64,000 nucleotides of DNA from Methanomicrobiales archaeon (lineage in GTDB: Archaea > Halobacteriota > Methanomicrobia > Methanomicrobiales > Methanospirillaceae), in assembly GCA_037137755.1 (NCBI GenBank), contig JBAXJR010000003.1, positions 53,715 through 117,714 of the forward strand, in the 5' to 3' direction. Position numbers and translations under genes: made by a program. The notes under the pieces are model-generated. The model was not told the DNA's origin. It was given only the letters and a program-made list of their open reading frames with translations, and ran no database searches. The stretch's first letter is position 1; each line of letters starts with the position of its first letter. Shown piece by piece: positions 52,664-62,139 of the stretch.

Positions 52664-53443
52664 TCAGGCGGTACCGTTGATAATATACATCCTGACAGAT
52701 ACATTCACTTTATTTCCCGACATTTCAATCTGGTAGTTCCCGAAACTACGTACGCTGACTGTCTTTTTCAATTCACCACCGAAGGTTCTTCCAAATCCCT
52801 CATCAAGGACAACATTTCCTGTAGTTTTATCCAGGACTTTAATTTCAAACCATGCATCAGGACTTAATTGGGTTACCTGTGTATATACATCCGCCCGTTT
52901 CGGGTCCACAAACCCCCCACCCGACCCGGTTGTTGCACCCGATAAACTTCCACTCCTGCTTTCAGACCATATTGTCAGATCATCCATCTTGGGCTTTACG
53001 TTAAAATCTATTATTAATGGTGGATTTTTAAGATCGTAGGCATAAGCGACGGTATAATCTTTTAATGAAAGTTCATTATTGTAGATATCCTGGTAATTCC
53101 GTATGATCTGGGTCGGATCCGCATATATTGACAGGTTCCTGTAGACAGGGCCGTTGTCAGAAGTTACCGGATATGTTGGGACCTGGGTAAGGTAGCGTGT
53201 GTCATCCGGGATCGGTGTATGGGTAGGACTCTGGCCGGGGGCTGCCTGATTTTGATTGCCATCCTGGGATTGTTGCGCCGGAGCACTTCCTGTTCCGGGA
53301 ACTAAATAATTTGTGCCTTCTGACTGGGTACCTGCTGGTGCTGGTTTATCCTTTGTCGGGACTATGCAACCCGCGGAGAATATAATTGCCATGATGAAGA
53401 GTATCAGGATACAATATCTGATGGTCTGGCTCATTGATTCCAA
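52664..53443 (-). CDS. Hypothetical lipoprotein
   Basis: Lipobox FSAGC, low-complexity linker, beta-rich C-terminal domain. Confidence 0.75.
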   Translation of the reverse strand: MESMSQTIRYCILILFIMAIIFSAGCIVPTKDKPAPAGTQSEGTNYLVPGTGSAPAQQSQDGNQNQAAPGQSPTHTPIPDDTRYLTQVPTYPVTSDNGPVYRNLSIYADPTQIIRNYQDIYNNELSLKDYTVAYAYDLKNPPLIIDFNVKPKMDDLTIWSESRSGSLSGATTGSGGGFVDPKRADVYTQVTQLSPDAWFEIKVLDKTTGNVVLDEGFGRTFGGELKKTVSVRSFGNYQIEMSGNKVNVSVRMYIINGTA

Positions 53444-53595
53444 CTTATTCTGGCTCCTATATATTCCTTTAGAATCAACTGCCTTAAATTATCTTTTCCC
53501 GCCAGCCTACCCGCAGGAAAAAAAATTCCTGAACCGGAAACTCAATTATAAACTGATCCTGATAAAAATGAGGTTATTACCCAATTAAATAGTTG

Positions 53596-53787
53596 TCAAC
53601 TTTCCAATCGTTTGAATACACCTTTTTTAACTTTTAATATTTTGCACTCAGGACATCGCCATGTGTCGGGAACTTTTTCGAATGGGGTTCCCGGAGGGAT
53701 ATTTCCCTTTGGATCACCTTTTGCAGGGTCATAAATATACGCGCACTCAAGACAGAAATAACGGCAAACTGATCCGGTCTCACTCAT
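53596..53787 (-). CDS. Rubredoxin
   Basis: [15 protein letters not shown]...[17 protein letters not shown]; start taken at ATG 53787. Confidence 0.9.
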   Translation of the reverse strand: MSETGSVCRYFCLECAYIYDPAKGDPKGNIPPGTPFEKVPDTWRCPECKILKVKKGVFKRLES

Positions 53788-54054
53788 AGAGAGTACTTTT
53801 CCCGGGAGAGTAAAAAAATATTCCTCTGAATAACGCATGAATTCACATCGGGAGATTTGTGCTCTCTTCTTTCTTTCCTGTTGTATTGTTAAACTCACGG
53901 CTTCCGGGTGCTGCAGAATACTATTCCTGCGTTGATGCCGGACACAATGGTATCGGGCATTTTTTTATCAAGACAGAAATTTCCCTATCCCGAACATTAT
54001 TAATAGTCTTGTTGCAAAAACGATTATCAGGAGCTGAATATTATTTCCGAAGGA

Positions 54055-54450
54055 GTGAAAAAATCCTGGAACAAAAAAGAGGACCTCCTGAATCAGTCAG
54101 ATGAAATGGCGCTTAAGGCAGATCTCCTCGCATATGAGAGCAGGTACGAGGAAGCTGACCAGTACTATGAAAAAGCACTGCAACTGAACCCATCAAATGC
54201 GAACCTGTGGGCTTTTAAGGGAATCAACCTGAGTGGGGGACTTAAAAATGATGATGAAGCAAGGAAAGCATGGGAGAATGCAAAACGACTGGACCCTGTT
54301 CTGGCAGATGCCCTCGATGTGGAAAAAATTGAAAAAGACGAGGGCGAGGTATTCAGCAGCCCGGTGCTATGCGGGATGCCTGACAATATCCGGGATAAAA
54401 TCAAGCAACTGATGCAAAAACAGAAAGAACAGCTGGATAGCTGTAGATAA
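54055..54450 (+). CDS. TPR-repeat protein
   Basis: YEEA...YEKALQLNP.NA.LW..KG and DEA..AW..A..LDP TPR motifs. Confidence 0.8.
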   Translation: MKKSWNKKEDLLNQSDEMALKADLLAYESRYEEADQYYEKALQLNPSNANLWAFKGINLSGGLKNDDEARKAWENAKRLDPVLADALDVEKIEKDEGEVFSSPVLCGMPDNIRDKIKQLMQKQKEQLDSCR

Positions 54451-54478
54451 TATTTTCCCATACATCATGGGTCTTTTA

Positions 54479-54709
54479 TTATTTTAGTGGTTCATCAAGA
54501 TCTACATCTTTTACATAGCCCATCCGGTGCGCTTTTTCAAGTTCGACGAGGACCGGTGCAATTGTCCCGGAGTCTATGCACCGCTTGGCAATCCTTGTAA
54601 TATGTCGCACGTGGTAAATATGGGCAATCTGGAAACTGATGAGAAGTCCAAAGCACAATGTGACAATACAGATAACAAGCTCCCCCAGAAGATCAACCAC
54701 GTTGAACAC
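54479..54709 (-). CDS. Small single-TM protein (paralog of 54734..54934)
   Basis: N-terminal TM helix then RIAKRC...TIAPVLVELE; GAGGTG abuts the GTG start. Confidence 0.65.
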   Translation of the reverse strand: MFNVVDLLGELVICIVTLCFGLLISFQIAHIYHVRHITRIAKRCIDSGTIAPVLVELEKAHRMGYVKDVDLDEPLK

Positions 54710-54733
54710 CTCTCAACAAATATTTCATAACTA

Positions 54734-54934
54734 TCATGATTCCCTCTCAAGTTCGGCGATAAGTGGTGCAATTGTCTGCACTTTTTCACACTGCTTGGCT
54801 ACGACGAAGAACCGCCTTGTGTAATAACGCACGGTTACCTGGTATCCTACAATAACTCCGATAATAACCATAATCACGGCGCTGATCAGGTAAATTACAA
54901 TATCATCCATTTGATCTTCCTTATACAGTGTCAT
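54734..54934 (-). CDS. Small single-TM protein (start may be ATG 54910)
   Basis: N-terminal TM helix then VVAKQC...TIAPLIAELE. Confidence 0.65.
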   Translation of the reverse strand: MTLYKEDQMDDIVIYLISAVIMVIIGVIVGYQVTVRYYTRRFFVVAKQCEKVQTIAPLIAELERES

Positions 54935-55044
54935 GAACGAACAATCAGATAAAATTATCCCCCGAATGCCTGAAAAATCATAATTATATTATAAAATAGG
55001 GTCTCTGCTCAAACGTATGGGAGATTATGAGATGGAAAAGAATC

Positions 55045-55128
55045 GAATTGATTGGTGCTCCGCCACAAACCCCGGCAGGAGAGTTCCGACTCCCTGAAGG
55101 GTCCCCCGTCAGCGGTTCATTGGGTGTT
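55045..55128. repeat. GC-rich hairpin dispersed repeat, copy 2 (degenerate, opposite orientation to 21172..21256)
   Basis: Shares GAATTGAT, GCTCCGCC, AAACCCCG, AGGAGAGTTCCG, GAAGG and GCGGTTCA in the same order as the reverse complement of copy 1. Confidence 0.8.
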
Positions 55129-55447
55129 TAAGGGATTGTTCAATATCATTATTTCCACTATTCACAGGTATATATACCAAACCTGTATTTTCTTGCCTTT
55201 TGATTTCTTTGCTTTTTTTTATTCAGATTATTTCCCGCTCGAAACAGCGAAGAGGCAATAAAAAAAGATTTCCTTGCAATATTCGCAGATAACAATTGGA
55301 TATTTATAAAAATGGTATCTAAAATAAGGTTGCCAGCTACGTAATCTGGTATTCGTCACGTATTGATATGATATTCATACCTCAGCCCTTTCTATCAGCA
55401 ATGGACTTGTGAAATTTCAAATCTGATATATTCAAATCAGATGACAG

Positions 55448-56311
55448 ATGAATATTCACGTTGAGGTGGAACGGATAACTATCATCGCATTTGCCCATCA
55501 CAAGGGAGGTACAGGGAAGACGACATCCTGCCTGAATATCGCAGGATTTCTCGTAAAATCTGGTAAAAATGTGCTGGTGGTTGATGTAGATCCACAAGCT
55601 AATGCAACTTCAGGTCTTGGAATAAACCCGGATTCATTGAAGACCAGCATGTATGATCTTTTTATGGGGAAATGCCCGGGTTATTTACCACTATCAATTG
55701 CGGATATCATCCAGAAAACTAAATCCGGAATTGATATAGCCCCTTCCAGTCTTGAGCTGGTCGGTGCCGAGCCGTTCCTCTATTCAATCGAAGGGCGGGC
55801 AAAACTGCTTGCCGAAATTCTACTCCCGGTCAAAAACAGGTACGACTATATCCTGATAGACACGCCGCCCAGCATGGGACAGTTTGTCATAAACGGACTG
55901 GTCGCATCAGACCACACGATAGTTACCTTTGACAGGGGTGTGTTTGCATTACAGGGTTTGCACACCCTCATGACAATTTTTTCAGACATTAAAGAAATTG
56001 TTGGAAGCCGAATCACACCCGATCTTGCAATTCTGACCCGTTGGGACTGCAATGGGCCAGAAAAAAGAGGGATACGGGCTTTTTTTTCACTTTTTTCACG
56101 AGGCGAGTCATCAGATCGTGTAAAAGACGAAGAGATGATAAGGGAATTTGAGGGGGAAGTACGGAAATATTTCAACCTCGTATATCCTGTTCCCTACAGC
56201 AGGGAGATATACGAGGCCCAGAAGGCAGGTTTGCCAATCTCGCATTTTGCCCCTGAAAGTCCGGCAGGAAAGGCATATTCCGGGATAGCAGAGGTAATAC
56301 AAAAATGGTAA
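55448..56311 (+). CDS. ParA/MinD-family ATPase associated with chemotaxis genes
   Basis: Deviant Walker A KGGTGKTT, VDVDPQANAT and IDTPP. Confidence 0.9.
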   Translation: MNIHVEVERITIIAFAHHKGGTGKTTSCLNIAGFLVKSGKNVLVVDVDPQANATSGLGINPDSLKTSMYDLFMGKCPGYLPLSIADIIQKTKSGIDIAPSSLELVGAEPFLYSIEGRAKLLAEILLPVKNRYDYILIDTPPSMGQFVINGLVASDHTIVTFDRGVFALQGLHTLMTIFSDIKEIVGSRITPDLAILTRWDCNGPEKRGIRAFFSLFSRGESSDRVKDEEMIREFEGEVRKYFNLVYPVPYSREIYEAQKAGLPISHFAPESPAGKAYSGIAEVIQKW

Positions 56312-56338
56312 CAGTAATTTTTGGGAGGGGATTTCAGA

Positions 56339-57715
56339 ATGGTTGCAGACAACGCAGTTGAAGGTTCTGGTTCTGAACTGAATGTCAAGGCTGGGAGGAA
56401 AGCACTCCTCCTCGGAGTACCCTGCAGGACAGTGTCCGGCCCTGTTCTCCCGGCACCGGGAGAAAATGTAATACGTTCCGATATAGAAGAACAACTCTGG
56501 AAAGGACTGAAAGGGGACTATTCCGGCCAGATTGATGAAGCAAACGTTGCTGAGTCCTGGAAACCCCTTGTGAAGGCAGTCAATGACATTAACAGGAAAC
56601 TGGAAGAGGAAAACACAGAAATTCTTCGTCTTCGCATGGTGGAGGAGGCCAGCAATGAAAATGAATCTCAATTATCAGCATTATCTGTCTTAAAAGAAAG
56701 CGTCTTTATTAAAAACCCTATGCCACTCCTTATCCTCAACCCTGCGCAGCAGATAGAAGATGTAAATGAGGCGTTCTGCCGGGTAAGCGGGATCAGTCCT
56801 GAAGAATTGAAGGATATGAACTACCAGGACTTTAAAATTGTCACCACGCGGGGGAACGGGGTATCAGATGTGCTGAAATTCAAACGTCACAATGTCAGCG
56901 ACCTGATTATAGAATTCCCTTCCGGGGCTCATGCATTCGAACAGTATGGCATCCCCATGATCACGGGTTCCGGTTCACTATCCGGGATAATGGTAGTCTT
57001 TTATGATAAGACTTCCAGTTTGCAGGAAGAGGAGCAGATGAAGAGTGAAATCCAGGAATTGAAGTTACTCCTCGAAGAAGAATCTAAAAAGAAGGATGTC
57101 TCCCCCCAACTGTCTGAAACAATTGCCATCCCTGATGTAGTTGTTCCTGCGATCGAGCCCGTACTTTCCATAGTTCCCCCTTCAAACGACGATATCCCGC
57201 AACATGAGAAGAAAGATGCAGAAAAAAGCATGACATTTGATGTCGTGGAATTTGAACTGTGCGGAGAAAAATACGCCCTGGATATCAATCTCGCACGCGA
57301 GATTGTCGAGATGATGCCGATCACCCCGATCCCCTGCTCTCCCGACTACCTGCGTGGCATTATGAATCTACGGGGAGAAATAACCAATATTATTAATATC
57401 ACCACAATTCTCGGCCTTCCAGCCCAGGATGAAGATTCAGGGAACAAAATTATTGTATTATCTGCAGAGGCAACAGGGGGAGAGAATATCGGGGTGATCG
57501 TGGACGATGTCCAAAGTGTCATCCAGATAAATGAACGTGATGTCGAGCACCTTGGTGACGGGTTGTCTTCTCAATCTTCGATGCATATCAAAGGTATCAT
57601 TAAAATCGGAACCAGGGGATTGGATAAAAAATCAGAAACCGATGAAAAAGATCTGGTTATCTGGCTCGATATGCTCAAGGTTATAGAGGATCTCTCCCAT
57701 CAGAAAGTATGTTGA
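56339..57715 (+). CDS. HAMP-like / PAS / CheW fusion protein
   Basis: GDY...I...L..AVN (HAMP-like), NPMPLLILN...VNEAFCRVSG...VFYD (PAS), VVEFEL..E.YALDI...REIV...GIMNLRG (CheW). Confidence 0.8.
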   Translation: MVADNAVEGSGSELNVKAGRKALLLGVPCRTVSGPVLPAPGENVIRSDIEEQLWKGLKGDYSGQIDEANVAESWKPLVKAVNDINRKLEEENTEILRLRMVEEASNENESQLSALSVLKESVFIKNPMPLLILNPAQQIEDVNEAFCRVSGISPEELKDMNYQDFKIVTTRGNGVSDVLKFKRHNVSDLIIEFPSGAHAFEQYGIPMITGSGSLSGIMVVFYDKTSSLQEEEQMKSEIQELKLLLEEESKKKDVSPQLSETIAIPDVVVPAIEPVLSIVPPSNDDIPQHEKKDAEKSMTFDVVEFELCGEKYALDINLAREIVEMMPITPIPCSPDYLRGIMNLRGEITNIINITTILGLPAQDEDSGNKIIVLSAEATGGENIGVIVDDVQSVIQINERDVEHLGDGLSSQSSMHIKGIIKIGTRGLDKKSETDEKDLVIWLDMLKVIEDLSHQKVC

Positions 57716-58345
57716 AGATAGGTAACCCCGGTTATAACCGTTTTTCTTTTAAAAACGAGTTTTTTGGCCTTCCAAATTATTGCAGGGTATGAGAACAAAT
57801 TATATTTAACAAATCAATGGGCCTTTTTTTTACCCTGAATTTGTATAGCGCGTCAAGGTGGGGCTCCTGTGAAGAAATTCAACCTGTTTTTATCCCGATT
57901 CATAAAAAATATTTCAAAATCCCGGGATGATTGTAGTAAAAATCTTCTTTATTCTAGGAGTTCATGATCTGGACAATGTCTCCGTACCAGGTAGCTGATT
58001 TTCATTAACGCCTGGACCCGGAATTTTTGATTTCTGACAGGAATTCTGAAGTAATCTCCTCGATGTCAGTATTTGGTTTAAGCCGGAACAATTAATGTAA
58101 GGGATGTCTGGAACATTATTTTTCAACTGGTCAATTTTGCACATCCTAAAAAACCTTAGACGTAATTTAAAAATCAATAAGTCTATAACAGATGAATTCT
58201 GATGTAAATTTGATAAATGATCCATGAATATTTGATTTTCAGCTGGATTGAAGAAAAAGCAGAATGTAATAAAAAAATTCAAACAAGGCATTTATCAAAG
58301 CAGGTTTGAAATCCAGGTGTAAGACAATCCCCGGGACTGTGTGCT

Positions 58346-58843
58346 ATGGCGGAGATAAAAGATATTGTTGAGTTTGAAATCGGGAGCGGACTCTACGGAA
58401 TGGATATCAGCCTTGTCCGTGAGATTGTCGAGATGCTCCCCATTACCCGCCTCCCGGGAAGCCAGAATTGTATTGTCGGCGTGATCAATCTCAGGGGAGA
58501 AGTGACGATGATAGTATCCATCAGCGAATTGCTCAGCATTAAAAGGCAATCCGATAAAACTAATGAGAAGATAATTGTCCTTGTCCCTGATCTTACCGGG
58601 GGTTCAAATATCGGGATTATTGTGAGAGAAGTTCATAGTGTCCTGTCGATACCCGTTGAAGATATTGAACCATTCAGTGGTATCCTTGCCACCGATTCGG
58701 GAGGATATGTGAAAGGAATTATAAAAACTACTTCGGGTGACAAGGAACGACTGGAAGAGGCAGGAAAAAATTCACGGTTAATGCTGTACCTGGATATTGA
58801 GAGGATCCTTTCGGAACTTCATCTGCCCTGCACTATGAGCTGA
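58346..58843 (+). CDS. cheW: Chemotaxis coupling protein CheW
   Basis: IVEFEI...YGMDI..VREIV, GVINLRG and GIIV..V..V motifs. Confidence 0.9.
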   Translation: MAEIKDIVEFEIGSGLYGMDISLVREIVEMLPITRLPGSQNCIVGVINLRGEVTMIVSISELLSIKRQSDKTNEKIIVLVPDLTGGSNIGIIVREVHSVLSIPVEDIEPFSGILATDSGGYVKGIIKTTSGDKERLEEAGKNSRLMLYLDIERILSELHLPCTMS

Positions 58844-58853
58844 GGATAGAGAA

Positions 58854-59645
58854 ATGGATGATTTTCATACCCTTACTGCAACAATAGAACGACTCCTTCA
58901 CATACGATGTGGAAATTATAAGGAAGATTATATCAAGCGTCGTCTTGCCTCCCGAATGAATGCCGTGAGCATCAAAGAATACCTGGCATACAATAAGTAC
59001 CTGCTCGCAACCCCGGTGGAACAGGAGAAACTTCGGAATGCGCTTACGATTAATGTAACGAAATTTTTCCGTGACAAGGAAGTATTTGAAACGGTGAAAC
59101 GGGAACTGATTCCTGAAATTCTCAAGAAAAAGCAACGGTTTCGCATGTGGAGTGCGGGGTGTTCATCCGGAGAGGAACCGTACAGCTATGCTATTGTTCT
59201 GTATGAAATAGGTCTGACCAATCCGACCATGGACGCATTGATTTATGCGACTGATATCGACTATGAAATATTAAAACGGGCCAAAGAAGGGGTATATGAA
59301 AGACCTGCACTTGACAATATGAGTGAGTTGCAGATCAGGAAACATTTTACCCTGAGGCCGGATGGAAAATATGAAATCAAACCCCATATCCGGGAGAAAG
59401 TGAGGTTTCAATACCATGACCTGATGCGGGGCGAACCGATTGCAAAATATCTCGATCTCATCTCCTGCAGGAATGTAACAATCTATTTTAATGAACAGCA
59501 AAAAAACGATCTATGCAAGGAATTCCATAGTGGTCTTGTTACCGGAGGTTATTATGTTATGGGGCTTTCAGAATACCTGGGAAAGGAAATGGAACATCTC
59601 TTCAAGGCATACCGCCCTCTCCTGAAAATATTTTTAAGGCAGTAA
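58854..59645 (+). CDS. cheR: Chemotaxis protein-glutamate methyltransferase CheR
   Basis: LTINVTKFFRD, WSAGCSSGEEPYS, ATDID and CRNV.IYF motifs. Confidence 0.95.
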   Translation: MDDFHTLTATIERLLHIRCGNYKEDYIKRRLASRMNAVSIKEYLAYNKYLLATPVEQEKLRNALTINVTKFFRDKEVFETVKRELIPEILKKKQRFRMWSAGCSSGEEPYSYAIVLYEIGLTNPTMDALIYATDIDYEILKRAKEGVYERPALDNMSELQIRKHFTLRPDGKYEIKPHIREKVRFQYHDLMRGEPIAKYLDLISCRNVTIYFNEQQKNDLCKEFHSGLVTGGYYVMGLSEYLGKEMEHLFKAYRPLLKIFLRQ

Positions 59646-59669
59646 TCTCCCCTTCTTTTACCGTAATAA

Positions 59670-60260
59670 TTATATTGTAACCCGGTATTCGATAAGTGAC
59701 TGGGCGGGTAATGTCAACCTGACATGGGCACACCGTTTCGGATAGAGTTCGTCCATTATCTGCAAAGAACATCGGTCTATTATACCGCCGAAAAGTTTAT
59801 CATAACGCGCCTCTTCCTCCCGGAAAAACAAAAGGATTGCATCGAGTTTTTTAGGTCCTTTTGTATCAAGGATAAGGCTAGTGAACCTAGTACCAATCTC
59901 GATCGGAATATCCAGGATTTCCCGATCAACAATGAGCCTGTTACTATCAATTTCGATCCTGCCTCCTTCGAACATGGTAAATTCCATCTCGATGTCAGCA
60001 CGGTGCAGGACCTGCATGCTGACGCTGATAAAATTCAGGAGATAATCAAAGAATACTTGTTTATTTTCCTGCAGTTCTGTGGACAACGCTTTCATTGCAA
60101 GGTCCCTGGCATGTTCGGGGATTACGATCTCCTCACGTATCCCCCTGATAAGGTCGGCACGAACCTTCATGTGGACCAGCATTGTCCGGACCCCGGAATA
60201 CCGTTTCCAGAACTCGTCGTCAGGCGTTTTTCCCCTGAATTCGATCTGGTTATCTGTCAT
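59670..60260 (-). CDS. Hypothetical protein
   Basis: 196-aa ORF with helical, charged composition, starting 1 nt after the upstream small gene's stop. Confidence 0.65.
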   Translation of the reverse strand: MTDNQIEFRGKTPDDEFWKRYSGVRTMLVHMKVRADLIRGIREEIVIPEHARDLAMKALSTELQENKQVFFDYLLNFISVSMQVLHRADIEMEFTMFEGGRIEIDSNRLIVDREILDIPIEIGTRFTSLILDTKGPKKLDAILLFFREEEARYDKLFGGIIDRCSLQIMDELYPKRCAHVRLTLPAQSLIEYRVTI

Positions 60261-60261
60261 G

Positions 60262-60516
60262 TTACTTCCCGTTATTCTTATCCCCGGGTATACTATCTGG
60301 TTTTACTGCAGTAATATTCTTCATCATTTGTTCCTGTTTTTTATGTGCCCTCATTTCTGCGGCGACAAGGATGAAGTTAAACCCGACAACGATAAGGACC
60401 AGTGCGAGACCAACCCAGAGCATCATCCCCTGCGTGAGCAGGAAGACCGCCCAGAGTAACGCAACAAAACAAATCAGATAAAAAAAAATCCATGTCCTTA
60501 AATTCAGAATATCCAT
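60262..60516 (-). CDS. Small two-TM membrane protein (start taken at the MDILNL ATG)
   Basis: Two hydrophobic helices followed by a charged tail. Confidence 0.6.
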   Translation of the reverse strand: MDILNLRTWIFFYLICFVALLWAVFLLTQGMMLWVGLALVLIVVGFNFILVAAEMRAHKKQEQMMKNITAVKPDSIPGDKNNGK

Positions 60517-60848
60517 ATAAATCTGGTCTTGTATCAGCAAGTGGAAATATAAAGGTATCATACTGATGGTCCCGGTGCCGTAACTTCCCCCAAATGAACC
60601 CTTCATTCCTTTCTGGTCCAATCTGATCTTTTATGTGCGAAAGCCATGGGGTTAAAGAGACTGATAAATTACCAGGAACCTCCACATCTGGATGTCTCCC
60701 ACCTGTCTGCAATGAATAAGAAATTGTATTAACCGATGAAATCACAAGTTCAACGAGGAATTGCCTATTGACTGGATATCAATAACAATATTTTCATGCA
60801 ACATGTGTACCTGTTCCCTGAGATCTGCTTGCTCATTCGTGAAATGAA

Positions 60849-61826
60849 ATGACCGCTTCACACAATAGTTCCCCAGCCCTGGATAAACTGATACGCCATA
60901 TAGAGGAAATCCTCGATACCGAGATAATGGTACACAGGGAAACAGAAGCCCCTGCCCACGGAATTTTACTTGATACCTATTCATTTAACACCAATAAAAA
61001 TGTCATCGTTTTTTCAAGCGCACAACTCGGTTTATTAAAGGATTTTGTTATTGCCCAGAACAGTATCCGGTTGCTACTCAGAGGAATTGCCAAACGGAGA
61101 GGAACTTACCGAGTCCTTTCGTATGATGCCGGTACTGCCGGGCTTGGAATGACCCAGATCTATCTTGATACACTAAAGGATGAAAAAACGAGAAATCTCG
61201 GGGTCTGGCAGAAGAAAAAACTGATGTACTACCTCTATATGCTCTTTCACGAATCGATATCAGATGTTCCATGGGAGATTTTATCCAACGTGTTCATCGC
61301 GAAACGGTGCGAGGTATTACAGAATGCCCAGACATACTTCCTGGTAAAAGAGAGCATGAAGGATATGCACGAACTGGTATCTTTTAAAGATATGCTCCCG
61401 CGCCGGTACTTTGTCCTGCACAATGCGATGTACTATGCAAGGGATATGTACCTTGCAGATGTTACCGCTGAGCTGAAATTAAATCCGCTGATAAATATTC
61501 CTGAATTACAGAAATTCAAGAATCTTGATGTAAAAGAGATGATGTCGCACCGGTGGAGCCAGTCATACTGGTACCATACAAAAATCGTTGGGGACGCGAT
61601 GACAAATATCATCAAAATGGTATTGATGTTTGATTTTTCCGGTAATCTTGATGAAAATTATTATTACCGGATGTATGAATTCGGCCAGGAGATTACCAAC
61701 CGGTGGCTGATGATGATGAGGATGCAGGAATGGTACCGCTGGGAACCACCGGAGCACCTCCGCGATGCTGAAACACGAGGGGAGGAAATTGAAAGTGTTG
61801 CGACAGAATTTGTCTTTGGTATATAG
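60849..61826 (+). CDS. Hypothetical protein (325 aa, helical)
   Basis: Long clean ORF; no family recognised. Confidence 0.7.
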   Translation: MTASHNSSPALDKLIRHIEEILDTEIMVHRETEAPAHGILLDTYSFNTNKNVIVFSSAQLGLLKDFVIAQNSIRLLLRGIAKRRGTYRVLSYDAGTAGLGMTQIYLDTLKDEKTRNLGVWQKKKLMYYLYMLFHESISDVPWEILSNVFIAKRCEVLQNAQTYFLVKESMKDMHELVSFKDMLPRRYFVLHNAMYYARDMYLADVTAELKLNPLINIPELQKFKNLDVKEMMSHRWSQSYWYHTKIVGDAMTNIIKMVLMFDFSGNLDENYYYRMYEFGQEITNRWLMMMRMQEWYRWEPPEHLRDAETRGEEIESVATEFVFGI

Positions 61827-62139
61827 ACCCGCATCAGGCTTTTAGATTTGTTTTCCTATTCAGCTGTACTCCCGTCATCAATAACGGGGATATTCGGATA
61901 CCCCTGAATGGTACATGGTTTAATATGAAAACAGACCTGATGCCAAAGGGCCACAAGCATACAGGATGAAAATTGAATACCCAAAAGGGACATTTTCATT
62001 TTGTATGCTCGTGTCACAGATGTGAATCATTTCTGTTTTCATGATCCTTATTACCAGGAACTGAAGGATCAGGAACTGCACCAATCGGTTTAATTTGTTA
62101 CAAGGAACCATAAGGATCTATTAAGTCTACGGGCGGATT

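Noticed and set aside
57716-58345. AT-rich gap inside the chemotaxis block (ORF 57962..58291, or a decayed PAS/che gene)
   Set aside because: Plus-strand frames are full of stops with only vague PAS-like words, and the minus ORF looks like noise.
59724-60314. 196-aa antisense ORF, and similar long shadow ORFs (42385..43017, 47897..48490, 18639..19208, 62757..63293)
   Set aside because: They lie antisense to well-supported genes and lack motifs.
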